Shown here: positions 36,784 to 49,800 of the stretch, piece by piece | How the letters are laid out: each line of letters begins with the position of its first letter | How positions within the stretch are numbered: position 1 is the first letter of the stretch | Assembly: GCA_045601385.1 (NCBI GenBank) | Contig: JAZRZM010000004.1 | Coordinates: forward strand, 69,351-133,350 | From: Clostridia bacterium | GTDB lineage: Bacteria; Bacillota; Clostridia; Christensenellales; DTU072 | DNA: 64,000 nucleotides | Reading direction: 5' to 3' | The notes under the pieces: model-generated | The model's database searches: none | What the model saw: only the letters and a program-made list of their open reading frames with translations | Told to the model about the DNA's origin: nothing | Program-made: the position numbers and the translations under genes

Positions 36784-37523
36784 TAAACACCGTTTTTTGG
36801 GACTGGAACGGCACGCTTTTGGACGACGCCGCCTACGAAGTGGATTGCATAAACACCCTCCTCGAACGGCGAAACATGCCGAAAATAGATTTGAAACGGT
36901 ACTATGAGGTGTTCGGTTTTCCCGTTATCGACTTTTACAAGCGGCTCGGATTCGACTTTGAAAAAGAGAGTTTTGACGACGTGGCGGTCGAATATACCGA
37001 TCGGTATAATAACGGCGGCGTTGACGACGTACCTTTCAGAAAAGGGGTGTCCGAAGCGCTTGCCGTCTATAAAGATAAGGGCTTAAAGCAGGTGCTTCTC
37101 AGTGCGAGCGAAAAGAAAATACTGACGCACGGAATCGCCTTGCGCAAGGTGGAAAACTATTTTTGCGACGTGCTTGCGTTGGATAACATTTATGCCGAAA
37201 GCAAAACGGGCATTGCTCTCGAATATCTGAAAAACAATCCCGATTCAAAGCAAGGAATTCTGATAGGGGACACCGAACACGATTATTTTGTAGCCCAAAC
37301 GCTCGGAATTGACTGTGTTCTTGTGCGCGGCGGACATGCGAGCGGGGAGGCTCTTTTGTCCACCGGAGCGCCGGTTGTAAACGAGGTGAACGAGACATAC
37401 CGCTACGTGCTGCAAACGGGACGCGGTTTTTGTCGGGAACGGGTTTGCGACGTCTCTTTTACGTCGAGATACAAGGCTTTTTACGACGACTTGAAAAACA
37501 CGAACAAAACCGAAGACTGGTAA
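36780..37523 (+). CDS. HAD-superfamily hydrolase (PGP-like subfamily)
   Basis: Motif I reads VFWDWNGTLLDD, with Asn at the second acidic position. It also has motif II LLSAS and motif III/IV K......GDTEHD. Confidence 0.7.
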   Translation: MINTVFWDWNGTLLDDAAYEVDCINTLLERRNMPKIDLKRYYEVFGFPVIDFYKRLGFDFEKESFDDVAVEYTDRYNNGGVDDVPFRKGVSEALAVYKDKGLKQVLLSASEKKILTHGIALRKVENYFCDVLALDNIYAESKTGIALEYLKNNPDSKQGILIGDTEHDYFVAQTLGIDCVLVRGGHASGEALLSTGAPVVNEVNETYRYVLQTGRGFCRERVCDVSFTSRYKAFYDDLKNTNKTEDW

Positions 37524-37635
37524 GACGGAAACGGGCAAAAAGTCGGGAGGATTTGTGCGGTGAACGCGGTATGCGAAAGGCGGGGAAATTTCTCGTCTTT
37601 TTTGTTTATTAAATTAAACTAAAAATTTTTTTCCG

Positions 37636-37664
37636 TTGACTTCCTATTCGCGCGGGTGTATAAT
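37636..37664 (+). promoter_or_regulatory. Near-consensus sigma-A promoter upstream of the giant ORF
   Basis: TTGACT (37636-37641), exactly 17 nt, TATAAT (37659-37664). It sits about 100 nt upstream of ATG 37764. Confidence 0.65.
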
Positions 37665-37763
37665 GTACGTGATAAAAGGGGTGAAGTATGCCCTTTTTAC
37701 GAAAAACATATCGGCTTAACCGCCCCAAAGTAGGCTGAAAAGGGGCGGAAACGGAGATGAAGT

Positions 37764-37835
37764 ATGAAAAACAAGTATTTGAAATTTGCCATTCTGGTGT
37801 TGTGCCTTGTGCTCGCTTTTTGCGTGGCGGCTTGT
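37764..37835 (+). other. Lipoprotein signal peptide of the giant protein
   Basis: MKNKYLKFAILVLCLVLAFCVAAC: basic n-region, hydrophobic core, lipobox V-A-A-C with Cys at residue 24, followed by the acidic SEREEEQE. Confidence 0.75.
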
Positions 37836-40800
37836 TCCGAGCGTGAAGAAGAGCAGGAAATCGATATCGGCGGCGAGGACGTCGAACAGGAAGTCCTTTA
37901 CGAATCGACGAACAAAGCGGGCGCCTTTGCCGCGGTCAAGTCGGCGATGGCATATATGGAAGCGAGTACGGCGTACGACAGTCCGGACTGGTTTTCCGTC
38001 AGTACCGTCCTTAACTTTACTTACCATGCCTACAACCAAGCGTCTTCGGGAAAATATCTTCCCGACTCCGTGAAGAAAAAAGCCGAATTCAGCCTTTCCG
38101 TTCTTGCCAATATCAACCTTGTCGATAACAGCCGCAGCGTCGTCTTCCTCGAACTGAACGAGGCGGAGACGAGGTTTACCGTCTTCGGGCTGTATTACTA
38201 TCAGTCGGCGGTTTATCTGAACGTGTTCGGCAAAAAATATTATGCCGACGAACTGAATATGACGACGGTCGGAAACGCCTTGATGACCGCGCTTGCCATC
38301 GGTACCGAGGACGAAACCAATATCGTGCGTATCGGCGGCAACTTCTTCCAAGCCATCCTTCCGTCGATTATGATCGGCGCTATCGATCTGAACAGCGTCG
38401 CCGGTATCGCGTGGGATATTCTTTTCGAGTCGTACGGCATACGGTACAGCGAAGAAAAAGTCGATTATGAAGAACTGGTTGACGGCGTTAAGCAAACGGT
38501 GTCGAAACCGCGGTATATGTACGTGGAAGAGTTCTTCAAGTTGAACTGGCTCATGGACATGGTCTGCATGGGGAAAATCGAACTGCGCAGCATCGTCTCC
38601 ATCGATATCGGTTGGGAAGCGTTCGGCTTGCCGAATTTCGATCCGATCATGAAAGACATACTCGGATTCAACCTCCACGACATTATGACGAAAGACTGGC
38701 CGACGATGTCCTGTCCTTTCTACGCGGTGGCGGAACTGCAACCGGTAACGGAAGAAGGGGAAGGTTCTTCGGGCTACGCGTACGTGTTTAACGGCCTCGG
38801 TATCGGAGTCACCGCCGCCGACGGAGAATTCGACGTCAGACTGGAAATCACGCCTTTCCGTTTCGGGCCCGTTGCCGACGCGCAAATCAAGGAAAAAGGC
38901 GCGGAAATCGACCTTTCGGAGTATTCGGTCGGTACCGCCGGAAAGAATAAAGTTTACAGCAAAGGCAGTTTTGCCAATATCGAAGCGAATTTCCGCATGG
39001 GCGTGGAATCGCCCGAGGGCGATCGCATCACCGTGAGCGACATGCTCGGCGGTCTGCTCGATTTGGGCGGAATCGGCGAAATACCGATCGTTTTGCAGGA
39101 AGGCGCGTCGTACATATTCGACGTCAAACTCGCCGCCGCGCTTGACCTTTTTAACAACGCGGGCAACTTTTTGCAACTGACGTACCGATATAACCGAAAA
39201 GAGGTCTTGTCGGTATATCTCGCGCCCGAATTCGATCAGGTGACGATCGGGGATAAGACGTTCACGCCGACGTCCATTTATTTCGATACGTCGCATCTGA
39301 CAAGCGGCGGGGCGGAGTTTTTCCCGAATACCAAGCAGACGAATATTGACTTTACGGAGCGCGTTACGGGGCTCCTCGGTTCCGACTTGATGGCTTATCT
39401 CGATCCGTACGTCAGTTCTTCGGCGTCAAGGAACGCGGCGCAAAACGCCGACGGTGACGAAGAAGAGGGCGGACTCGACGTAATGGCGATCATCGCCATG
39501 CTGATCGAGCGGAACGAAAGCGGCGACGGGTATAAATATCTGGAATTGCCCAAACGGGACGGGGAACATTTTCTGAAAGTGCAATTCGACAATTCGGGGC
39601 TCAACCGCGTGTTGTCGATGATAATGCCGACGGTTCGTTTCGTTGACGACGGCGAAGAAGGCTTTTACGAAAACGGTATCGGTTTGAAAGGCGTTACGCT
39701 TTCGATCGACTTTACCCGTCCGTTCGATTCGATCGCGCTTACGGTCGATTTTACCGAAAACACCTCTATGTATGTGGGAATCGGCTCGCACAACGAAGAC
39801 GGTTCGTACAATACGGGACTTTCTTATTTTTCGCGTCCGGCGTTTGAAATGGAAGCGCTCGGGCTCAATTCTTCCTTGACGGTCGATAACAAGGATCAGG
39901 AAACCGCGGCGCGGGCTTTGCGCGGCGCGTACAGAGACCTGGATAAAAACCTGAGCTATACCGCGACGATGACCGGTTCGGTCAAAGTCGGTTCGCACGA
40001 CAATACGAGCATCAACCTCGACTCTTTGGTCGCGCTCGTGTCCGAGTCGCTGATCGCTTCTTTCGGAATCGCGACGGGCAGCGAAATGAATATCGGATAC
40101 GAATTGCAATTGGGCGTCGTTTTGACCGATATGAGCCAGACCGCGCTTATTCTTGACCTGTACTTTATGGACAAAGACAACGTCAGAGTCCACGCGCAGG
40201 CGCCGTTTGTGGAATTGTATTACCGTGGCGCGGCGGATACGCTGTACGTCAATACGCAAGTCGACCCCGATAACGATATGGTGTCGCAACTGCACGAATT
40301 TCTGAACGTAACCAACGTGCTGACCGGTTCGATTCCGAAGTTTGCCATCGACAACCTCGGTTTGAGCACGGCGCTCGGCGCGATCCGCCTGGATATAAGC
40401 GATTTGTATTCGGCGATCGGCGTCGTGACCGAAAAAGCGTCGAACGCGGCGTTTTATATCGGAAAAGACGCTTTGACGACGACCGAGAACAGCGATTATG
40501 TCGAAGTTATGCCAAGTAACGCCGGTCTGGACGTCATGTCTCTTATCGGGCAGGCAATCACGTCGGTTTCCGTCACGGACGGTCTGCTCGGCGTTATCGT
40601 CAACGAACAGGTCCTGAACGCCGTCATCACCATGCTGGATATCGGCATCAACGGCGGACTGCCCGGCATCAAAGCGAGCGTCGGACTGCAAATCGGTACC
40701 GAATATGCCAAGACGGAAACGGGCGAAACCTACTATAAGCAAACGAACGGTAATATCTATTATGTCAAGTTCGATCCCGAGCAGGAAAAAGAAATCGTCT

Positions 40801-43800
40801 ATGACGCCGACGGAAACGCGACCGAACTGCCGGTGACGAGTCTCGAACTCAACCCGGTGCTGAAAGACAAAGAGTTTGCCGAGGTTCATTTCGGCTTAAT
40901 CGACAGCAACGAGGGACTGGTCGAATCTTTCTATTTCAACTGGATTCTGATCGACACGATCAATATCACGAGGACCAATTCGGTTTCGCCGAAGGGCAGT
41001 TTCAGTACGACCGATTACGGCTCTTTCCAAGAATGGATCGACGCGCTGAACGTTTCTTTGAACGTGGAGACGGAATTTATTGTCAAAGCCAATGCCGAAC
41101 AGTTTGCCTGGGCGCAGGTGTATCAATTATTGACCGAAACGGGGCTTGCTTCCGGCATGAACTCCACGATTACGTCGGTGTTGCAAACGGCGGTTATCCG
41201 TTTGACAAGTACGCTGTTTGATTCGACGGACAGCGAAACGGCTCTCGGCGGTTTGCAAATCGGTCTTGCCGTCCGCGGCACCGCGTGCTTGCAGGACCTT
41301 TTCAAGAGCGAACTTGCGGTGGTTATCTTTGATAAACGCGTTCGTTCCGCCGGCGGATATACGGCGAACGACGGCATTTCTTATCAGGTGCTTTTGGGCG
41401 TTTACTTAAAAGACGGCGAAGGCATCCTCGATCTTACCTATTTTGACATCGACCTTTTGAAAATAAACGACGTCAAGAGCACGTATCAGGGCATTATTGC
41501 CGGTATGTGGGACTCGTACGTCAACGCCGGAAAATCGGACAGCGTTTCGCCCGAAAATCACTTTACGAGCGGTAACAACTTTGTCCGCGGCGTTATGCAA
41601 CAGGAGATCCTTTCCTACTTTTTCAGCGAACAGTACGACAAGTACAATCAGGGATATTTTGCCAAGACGTATTCGACGACGCGTTACAAATATATGACGT
41701 TGACCGACGGGTACATTTATTTGTACGAAACGTCTCGTTTGTCCGCATACTTTACCTATACCGCGGACGATAACGAACTCAGACTGCTCCCCAACTATTC
41801 GTACTATCTTATTTCTTCGGACGGGACGATCTCGGTTTACGAAGCCGGTCGTGCGGGCGCACGCGCTGAGATTACGCCTCTTATGCGTGACGGCGCATAC
41901 TATCGTATCGACGTATACGATATCGAAAACAAAATGCTTACCAACAACTACGGGCAGTCTTCGTATAACGAGGCGCTGTTTGACGCCATGCTGAAATCGG
42001 AAGCGTATTCCTTGTTCGATACGCGGCAGGAAAAATTCTCGCAAAACTGGAAAGCGACCTACAATAAGGCGTCCGAAGCGGTAAAAATTTATATGGACGA
42101 ACAAAAGCAGGCGACGATAGACGAACTGAAAAACTTCTTGACGCTTTCGTTCAAAGCGAGTGCCGATTATACGACGAGACTTGCCGACGTGGCGAGTGAG
42201 GCGGCGTACAAAACGCGTGAAACGTATCCGGCTTACGAATACACCACGTTGAGAGTGCTGCAAGCGACGGCGGAATATAAGCGCATTTATGCCGAAATGT
42301 CGGCGGAAATGGTCGAAGACGAGGTGAACGACTTATACAACAACTATAATCAAAGCCAGTTGTTCTCCTTCCTCGGTAGTTCCGGCGGTTCTCTCAGCGA
42401 CGACTATCTTAATGCCGTGACGTGGTACAGAATTTATCGCAACGCCGATATTTCTCCTATCGCCGTATACAACGCGGCGGTGTTCGACGTATACGAATAC
42501 TATGCGAAAAACGCGCCGATCGATATTCACGTCGCGTCCAACGCCGAAGTGTCCGACGCGGGCAAAATCGCTTTGCAAATGAATTATAACAAGGGCAGAA
42601 TCACCCTCGGCCTTGCCGAAGAAGTCATCAACGCGTTCTTCCTGACGCTGCATATCAACTTCGGCGGATACCGTGTTTTCCGTTCGTTTGACGCCGAGAT
42701 CGATTTGACCGACGGCGTGGGCGCGAGCGTTGCGATCAACATATTCGACGTGTATAACGTGTCCGTCGGTATCCTGTCCCTGCGCGCAAGTCTGGACGAA
42801 AACGACTCGACGTCTTACTATAAAGTGACGCTCCCGACCGACGAAAGCGGCGCGGCGGTGGAAGGTGTGCCGAGCGCGGTCAGAGTGAAGGCGGAAGCCT
42901 ATATCAATATGCTGAATAAACTGGCGACGAACAATACCGGAGAAGAGTCGATATACGACTTGTCCGATCTGTTGACCTTGCTTCTGACGAACTCCGAATT
43001 CGTCCTTGCCGATCTGAAAGACTACTATAAGAAAACGGAAAGTTCTTTTGCCGATACGAAGTCGGACGAAGCCGTCATCGCCATCAAGGCGACCGCGTTC
43101 AGGTCTTTGCAGGAAGAAACCGATACCCGTACGTCGGAAGCGAAGACAGCCGAACTTGAAAAATACGTGGCGCAGGCGTGGGAAGATATCGTTACCGGTT
43201 CTGCCGACGGTAAGTATAAAGGCGCGGCGGAATTCAGTAATCAGCACTATGCTCTTGCATGGGATAAACTGGAAGGTTCTTCCGTGCGTATCCATATGGA
43301 CGAATTGCAACTGGACGTTCTGCTCGAATTCTTGGAAGAAATGGACGACAGTCTGCATATTTATGCCGATTTGTGGTTTAATATGAACAATTTGTACGCA
43401 AGCAGCCTGAAAGTGACGGTGACCAAAGAAGTCCTCGGCGAATTCGAAGAGGCGGTTGCCGTTGACGAATTGCGTTACGATCCGACCGACATCAAACAGT
43501 ATTATATCGGACAGTCGATCCCCGAAGGGCGGTTCTATACCTTGTCCGACGGGAAATATACCCTGCACAAGAGCATAAACGAAAACACAAGAGAAACGTA
43601 CAAGTTTGCGGCGGGCGAAACGTATTATATCCGCAAAGAAGCGACCGTTCTTGCCGTATTATACGATGGCAGCGAAGTGACTTCGACGTCGGAGTTTGCC
43701 GGCAAAGTGTACCTGACGTCGGGTATCTTCGGACTCGGTAACGTCATGATGCAAGACGTCACCGGCGCGGTCGAATCGATATACAGCGCCCTCGATATTA

Positions 43801-46800
43801 ACTTCATGAGCAATATTTCCGATACCGTGCGCGACTTCTTCGGCATGGCGGAAAAGGCGCAGAGCGCGGCGCCATCGAACGCTTCTTCGCAAAACGCGGC
43901 TACCGACTTGCATACCTATCTGGATATTCTTTTCAATGAGAAACAGTTTGCCGTTCAGTTATTGAAGACATCGCTTATTACCCTCGTTTACGTGCTTGCC
44001 GACGGCGATATCGCCGACGCGATAGCCGATCTCGATTTCGGACTTTCGGTCGGTATCGATTACGGCGAAAACGACTTCGGTTTGGGTGTGGAAGTCGATT
44101 TTGCCAATAATGAAATCCGCGCGCAGAACTTCCGCGAGGACGAAAGCGGCAAAGTGCAGGATACCACCGCCATTTCTTTGGGCGTACGCGGTATCAACGT
44201 CGGTTTTGCAAGCGACAGAAACGAACTTGCCGGCGTTACGACCGATTTAGCCGTACCCGAAACGGCGGACGGCGGAGAATATATCACGATGGAAGAGTTC
44301 TCCAAAATCGGGCTCGCGCTTGGCGGCTATCTCAAAATCAAGATGACGGAAACCGAAACGGACGTCGACAAACCCGAGGGGCAAGCCGATTTTAACTTCG
44401 ACTATGCCGTCAATATCTTCTCCCGGTACTGGTTGGAAAGAAGCCTCGATCTCGGTTTCCAAGCGGATATACCCGATTATACCGACATCGAAGAAGAGAT
44501 TTATTTGGATATCAAAGGCAACATCAACTTGCAGACGCTGTCGTCGCTGAAAGACATCGGGCTGTATATTTCCATGACTTCCCGCTCGCAAAGAGAGATT
44601 TACGATCTTGCGTACATGCGTGCGCGCAGAGAAGAAATGATGAAGGTTCTTGCCGACTGCGACAATAATTATCAGGAAGCCTGGATGACCTATTCTACCA
44701 TGTTGCGCAGCGGCGCGCAGGGCGGCAATACGGTGGATCCTATCTATAAGAGACTGCAATACGATTATCAAACGTATCTTATTATGAATGATATAACCAA
44801 GTATCTCCGTACCGCTTATGCCGGACTGACCGACGAGGAGTATTACGAGAAATACTGGAACGAACTGTACGGACAGTGCGGCGACTATTACCTCGGAGAT
44901 ATCCTCGGGATGTACGTCGAACTCGACAAAGAAGGTCGCGGTTATATCTATATCGACCTCGGATTTCTGAACGTCGAACCGATCGTGATCGACGACGTCA
45001 GCGAAGTCGTCAAGCAGGTCGCAAAAACGTTCGGTATTGATTGGCGTACCGTATTCTTCCCGGGCGAACTGAAAGCGCAAAACGTCGCTTTCGGAGAAAA
45101 TAACGAAGTATCCGTTCCTTCGGTCGGCGCGCTCTGCAACGCCGCGACCGACAGCGATCCGTTCGGCGTCGTCGCCAACCAGATTCTGATCGCGCTCAAC
45201 ACCAAACAGTATCAGCAGTTCTTGCTTGTATCGGCGACCAGCGCGGCTATTTATTCGGTATTCAGCGTGCTCGGCAACAGCGGTACGCAAAAATACTTCG
45301 GCGACGTTCAGCCCAGTGAAGACGACGACTATTATCTGCCTCATTATTCGCCCAACCTTTCGGTCAACCTCGAAGACTGGGACGAACAGTCCGAGACGTA
45401 TAAACTCGTCAACGTCGAACTCGCGCTCGACAACTTCCTGACGTTCTCCCTCGGTATCGATAATCCGACGTTGGACGTCGCACGCGGAGCGCAATTTATT
45501 ACCGTCCGCGAAAAGATCATCGGCGAGGACAACATCTATTCCGATTATTATACTTCGATCGACGATCTGTGGGTGCAAAAACCCGAAGTCAAACTGAATA
45601 TGGAAGGACAACTTCTGATCGCCGCGCAGGGCGAAAACGAAGACAGCGAAGTGTCCGGCACAATTAACCTCGGCAAACTGATCCGCTCTATCGTCGGGGA
45701 CGACTTCCCCATCGATGTGATGATCGAGACGCTCGAAACGATCGACGCCGATTTGTTCTTTACTTTGGAAGTTAAACTCAATATTCTGAAAATGCTCAAT
45801 ACGCTGACGAGTCTTGACGCAATCGGCGGCGTGGGCGACGTGTTCGGACTTCTGAACGGAATGGGTTTGGAAGCCTATATCGAAATCACCTCGCGCGAAC
45901 ACGACGACTCGGGACTGATCGTCGCAAACAACGTGTTGATGGGTATCTATCTTATCGAAGAGGGGCCGACGACGAATCGCTATCTGTCTTTGTATATCGA
46001 TTTCTCGGTGTTCCATATCAGCCCGATAAAGATAACCAATCTCGCCTCTGTGGGAGCCGATTTATTTGAAAATATCGAAAAAATCATGAGCGGCGGAGAC
46101 GCGGAGAACGCGGCGGGCGACCTTGGAAAACAAGAGCGTGTAATGGATATGCTCAGGCTCTATACCGGTGTGACGGCGTCCGAACAGGCGGCTTTGTTCA
46201 ACGCGGCGAGCGACGAAGAAAAGGCGCAGGCATGGGACGGCAAAGCGGTGGAGAACTATCTCCTGCTTACCATCGGCAACGGCTACGGTATCACGATGAC
46301 CGCCGTCGCGGCAGTGCTTGTCGAAGTACTGGATCAACTGTTCAACGACGATAAAAATATCGCTACCCGTGCTTTCGAGGGTATGGCGGAAGACAGAATA
46401 ACCGCTTCTTATAAAGAACAGATCGACCTTTTGGAAGGGATCGCCGCCACGATGGAAAGTCTTGTCGAAGGCTCGGTCGAAGACGCATGGGATAACCTGA
46501 CCGCCGATACGGCGCAGTATCTGACCGTCGAGGAAAAAGAAAAAGCGCAGAAAGTTTATCGCATGATTACCGATTCCAACTATTACGGGCTTACCGAATC
46601 GGAAATGAAAGAAATGGCATGGTACGCGTACTATTGGGATATCGTCGGCGTGTCGTATCTGCAAATCATACAGATCTTTGGCGAGACCAATGCCCAACGG
46701 TTCGTTAACATGACCGGGTTTGCAAGCAAAGTTTCCGTTTCCGAAGACTATGCCGGAAGACTCGAAGCGGTCAAATACGGTGCGGAAAGTTCGACGCTTT

Positions 46801-49800
46801 TGGACGAGTCCACGTTTGCCATCGCCGCAGAGTATGCCGACTATTATATTTCGGCGGCGGCGTTCGACAAGTTGTATTGGCACGTTGACGGGCTCGTTTC
46901 CGTCCTTATCGAATCCAAACAGACTGCGACGCAGGCGGGCGGGACCAAGAAGACGGAAGAAATCAACAATGACGCGTTCATGTTGTTCCGTAACAATCCG
47001 AACCTGTCCGTCGAAGACAAAGAGGCATATACTGCCGTTTACGAAAACTATCGCAGAACGGCGGCGACCGACATTATTGCCGGCAGCAAGGCGTGGGAGC
47101 AGGCTTATAACGAAATAACGGCGATGCAGGACGCGCTTCTTGCCGCCATGAAGTATACGAACAACTACGCCGTTTCGTCTCTCGGGTTGGAGATTCAGCC
47201 CTTCTTGCTTGTGGCGGACAAATATGACGTTTCCAACGAGTATACGGCGGTATCCGTTATCGTCGGACAGAACGTCCCGAACGGTTTGTATTATAAGAGC
47301 GGCGAAGAGTACGTCGAGGCGACGGGGCTGTTTGTCAGAGACTTGCAGTATTATGTAAAGACGTTCTCGCCCGCGTGGAAGGCGATGGCGTGGGACTATC
47401 TCGAAAAGAAAGGACTCATTGCCGAAGATACGCTGACGCAATACCGCTTGAACGAAAGAAATCGCGCTTTGCGGAACGCGCGTGGCACCGTCGTGGAAAG
47501 CAATATCTACCCGTACGTGTGGGAAAAATACGTTTCGGAAGTATCGACGGCGACGTTGAACGGCACGCAGGACGGCTATCTTGTCCGCAAGCAGACGAAA
47601 TACAGCGTGACTTTGTCGGGCGGCGAATACTCGGAGACGCATAGCGATACCCTCGTTGACGGTATGAGCGTATGGTATCTCGAAACGGTCGATTCCGTCT
47701 TGCCCGATGTTCTGACGGGTGCAAACGAAGACAGTTATTATACCAAAGCGTATTCCGCCATGCCGGAATTGATCATCGACACGGCGAACGGCGTCGGCAC
47801 GGTCGAACTCGGCTTGTTCAACGAAGGAAACCTCCTTTCCCTCTTGCTTGCCGTCGCAAACTTTAACATAAAAATCAAGTTCGTACAGGCGAATATCGCA
47901 TTTTCGAACGACAAAACGGGACTTATCCGGAAAGAATACGAAATCGTCAGCGACGACGTCGGTTTGAGCGCGGAACAGGAAATCGTGGAAGAATCGGTTT
48001 CCGATTATATCGCCGAAAAAGACGAGGAAGGCTTCTTTATTTCCATTGACAGCGACTTCGGGTACGTCTATACCAAGTTGGAACTGAACTTCTCGTTCAA
48101 CGCCGACGAAACGTCGTACGACATGGGGAACCTGATCCAGACGGTTATGTCCGGATTCGGCGGAAACTTCTCGATCAACGGCTATGATATTTCGGCAAAC
48201 GTCCTGATCGACATCCTGTCCGAAATCAGCAAGAACTATTGTCTGACGATCGAAGCGAGAGTCAACGTCTTCAACCTGATGAAAGACATCGAAAAAGGTT
48301 TGTCGACGATCGACTTTGCCATCACCCTTAACCCGATTCTCAGCGACGGTATCACGGTGAACTACGACGACGACATTATTCAGATCGTTCTCGGTTCTTT
48401 GAGCGAGAGCGAAAGTTTCGTCTTCGTCGATCTGTCGCGTTTCAACATTCAAAAACTGTATATCCGGAACGCCATTAACTACGTCCGTAATCTGCTTATG
48501 GCAAACAATCTCGGACCGGCTTTCTTCGATCCGTACGGTGAAGAAAGCATGGCGGCTATTATCGAAGACGTTTTCCTCTATTCCTACTTTGCAAGCGCGG
48601 CGAACGCCGAAGAAGGCGACGAAGAATACGTCGATTTGTCCGTTTTGTTACAGGAAAGAGGATTAAGTACGGCGATCGGCAGTATGGCGATTTTCGCATT
48701 CCTCGACATGCTTAACATGAGCGCGCTGGAAGATTTCCTCGGGGCGTCGGGCGACCTCGGTATCGATCTTGCTATTTTCAGCCTTGCCGAAGATATCAAC
48801 ATAACCGCCGACTGGGACGACTCCGACCGCGACCTTATCCGTCTCGGTGTGTCTTACGACTCTTTGGACGCCAACAACGTGACCAGCGGCAACGGTATTT
48901 CGCTCGACTTCTCCATCCATAACATGCAACTCGACCTCGATCAGACGAAGAGAATCCTCGGAGTCACCGTAGGCGACGCGACCGAAGAAAGCGAAGAAAT
49001 CGCCGAAGCGAGACAGTCGCTCGAAGAGGCTTTGGGACTTACCCGCAACAGTGAAGGCGACCTCGTGGCGATTCATAAAGAGGACGGAAAAGTCTACTAT
49101 ACCTACTACGACGAATACAAGGGGCAGACGATACGCACGACCGACGTGGACGAAGCGGATGTCGCCCGTATTGCGGAAATCGACGACGATTTGCCCAATA
49201 TCGTGGTACATACTACGATTTATATCACCGCCAACCTGAAAAAACTCGCCGGGACCGACTTGAACAAGTCGCCGATAAGCGATCTTCTCGACACGTTCGG
49301 ATCGGGACTTCCCGTCGGCAGCGGTTTGTCCGATTTGCTCGGCAGTCTGATGCTTTATATCGCCGACGACCACATGGTGACTTTCGCCTTGGATATCGAC
49401 GCCGAGATCGAACTCGGCAACGGTCAGGACAGCAACTACCTCGCGCATATTATCAATGGTTCCGTTATCCGTATCCGTATCCGCGCATGGCATACTTCCG
49501 ACGGGCAGGAATCGGATAGAGTGTGGGCGACCGTGACGTATCAGGAAGGCAGTTTGTACGTCAACGCCACTCCGATTAACACCGACGACGGCGAAACGCC
49601 GCTGAAACTCGTCATGTATAACGTAGCCGATATGGTCTTCCCCTCCGACGCGGCGTCGGTCAATGCCTGGACGGCGATTGCCGAAGACTGGAAAGCCGCC
49701 GTATCGGGTACAAGTATCGGCATGAACCTCAATCTCGAATGGAAGTCCACCGGTTTTTACGCGCTCGCTCTCCGCAGTGCGGTCGTATCCTTATTAAATA

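Noticed and set aside
37757-37759. Alternative ATG 7 nt upstream of the giant-gene start.
   Set aside because: It is out of frame (frame 2) and terminates after about 33 codons. Frame 0 has a TGA at 37758-37760, so 37764 is the first possible start of the long frame.
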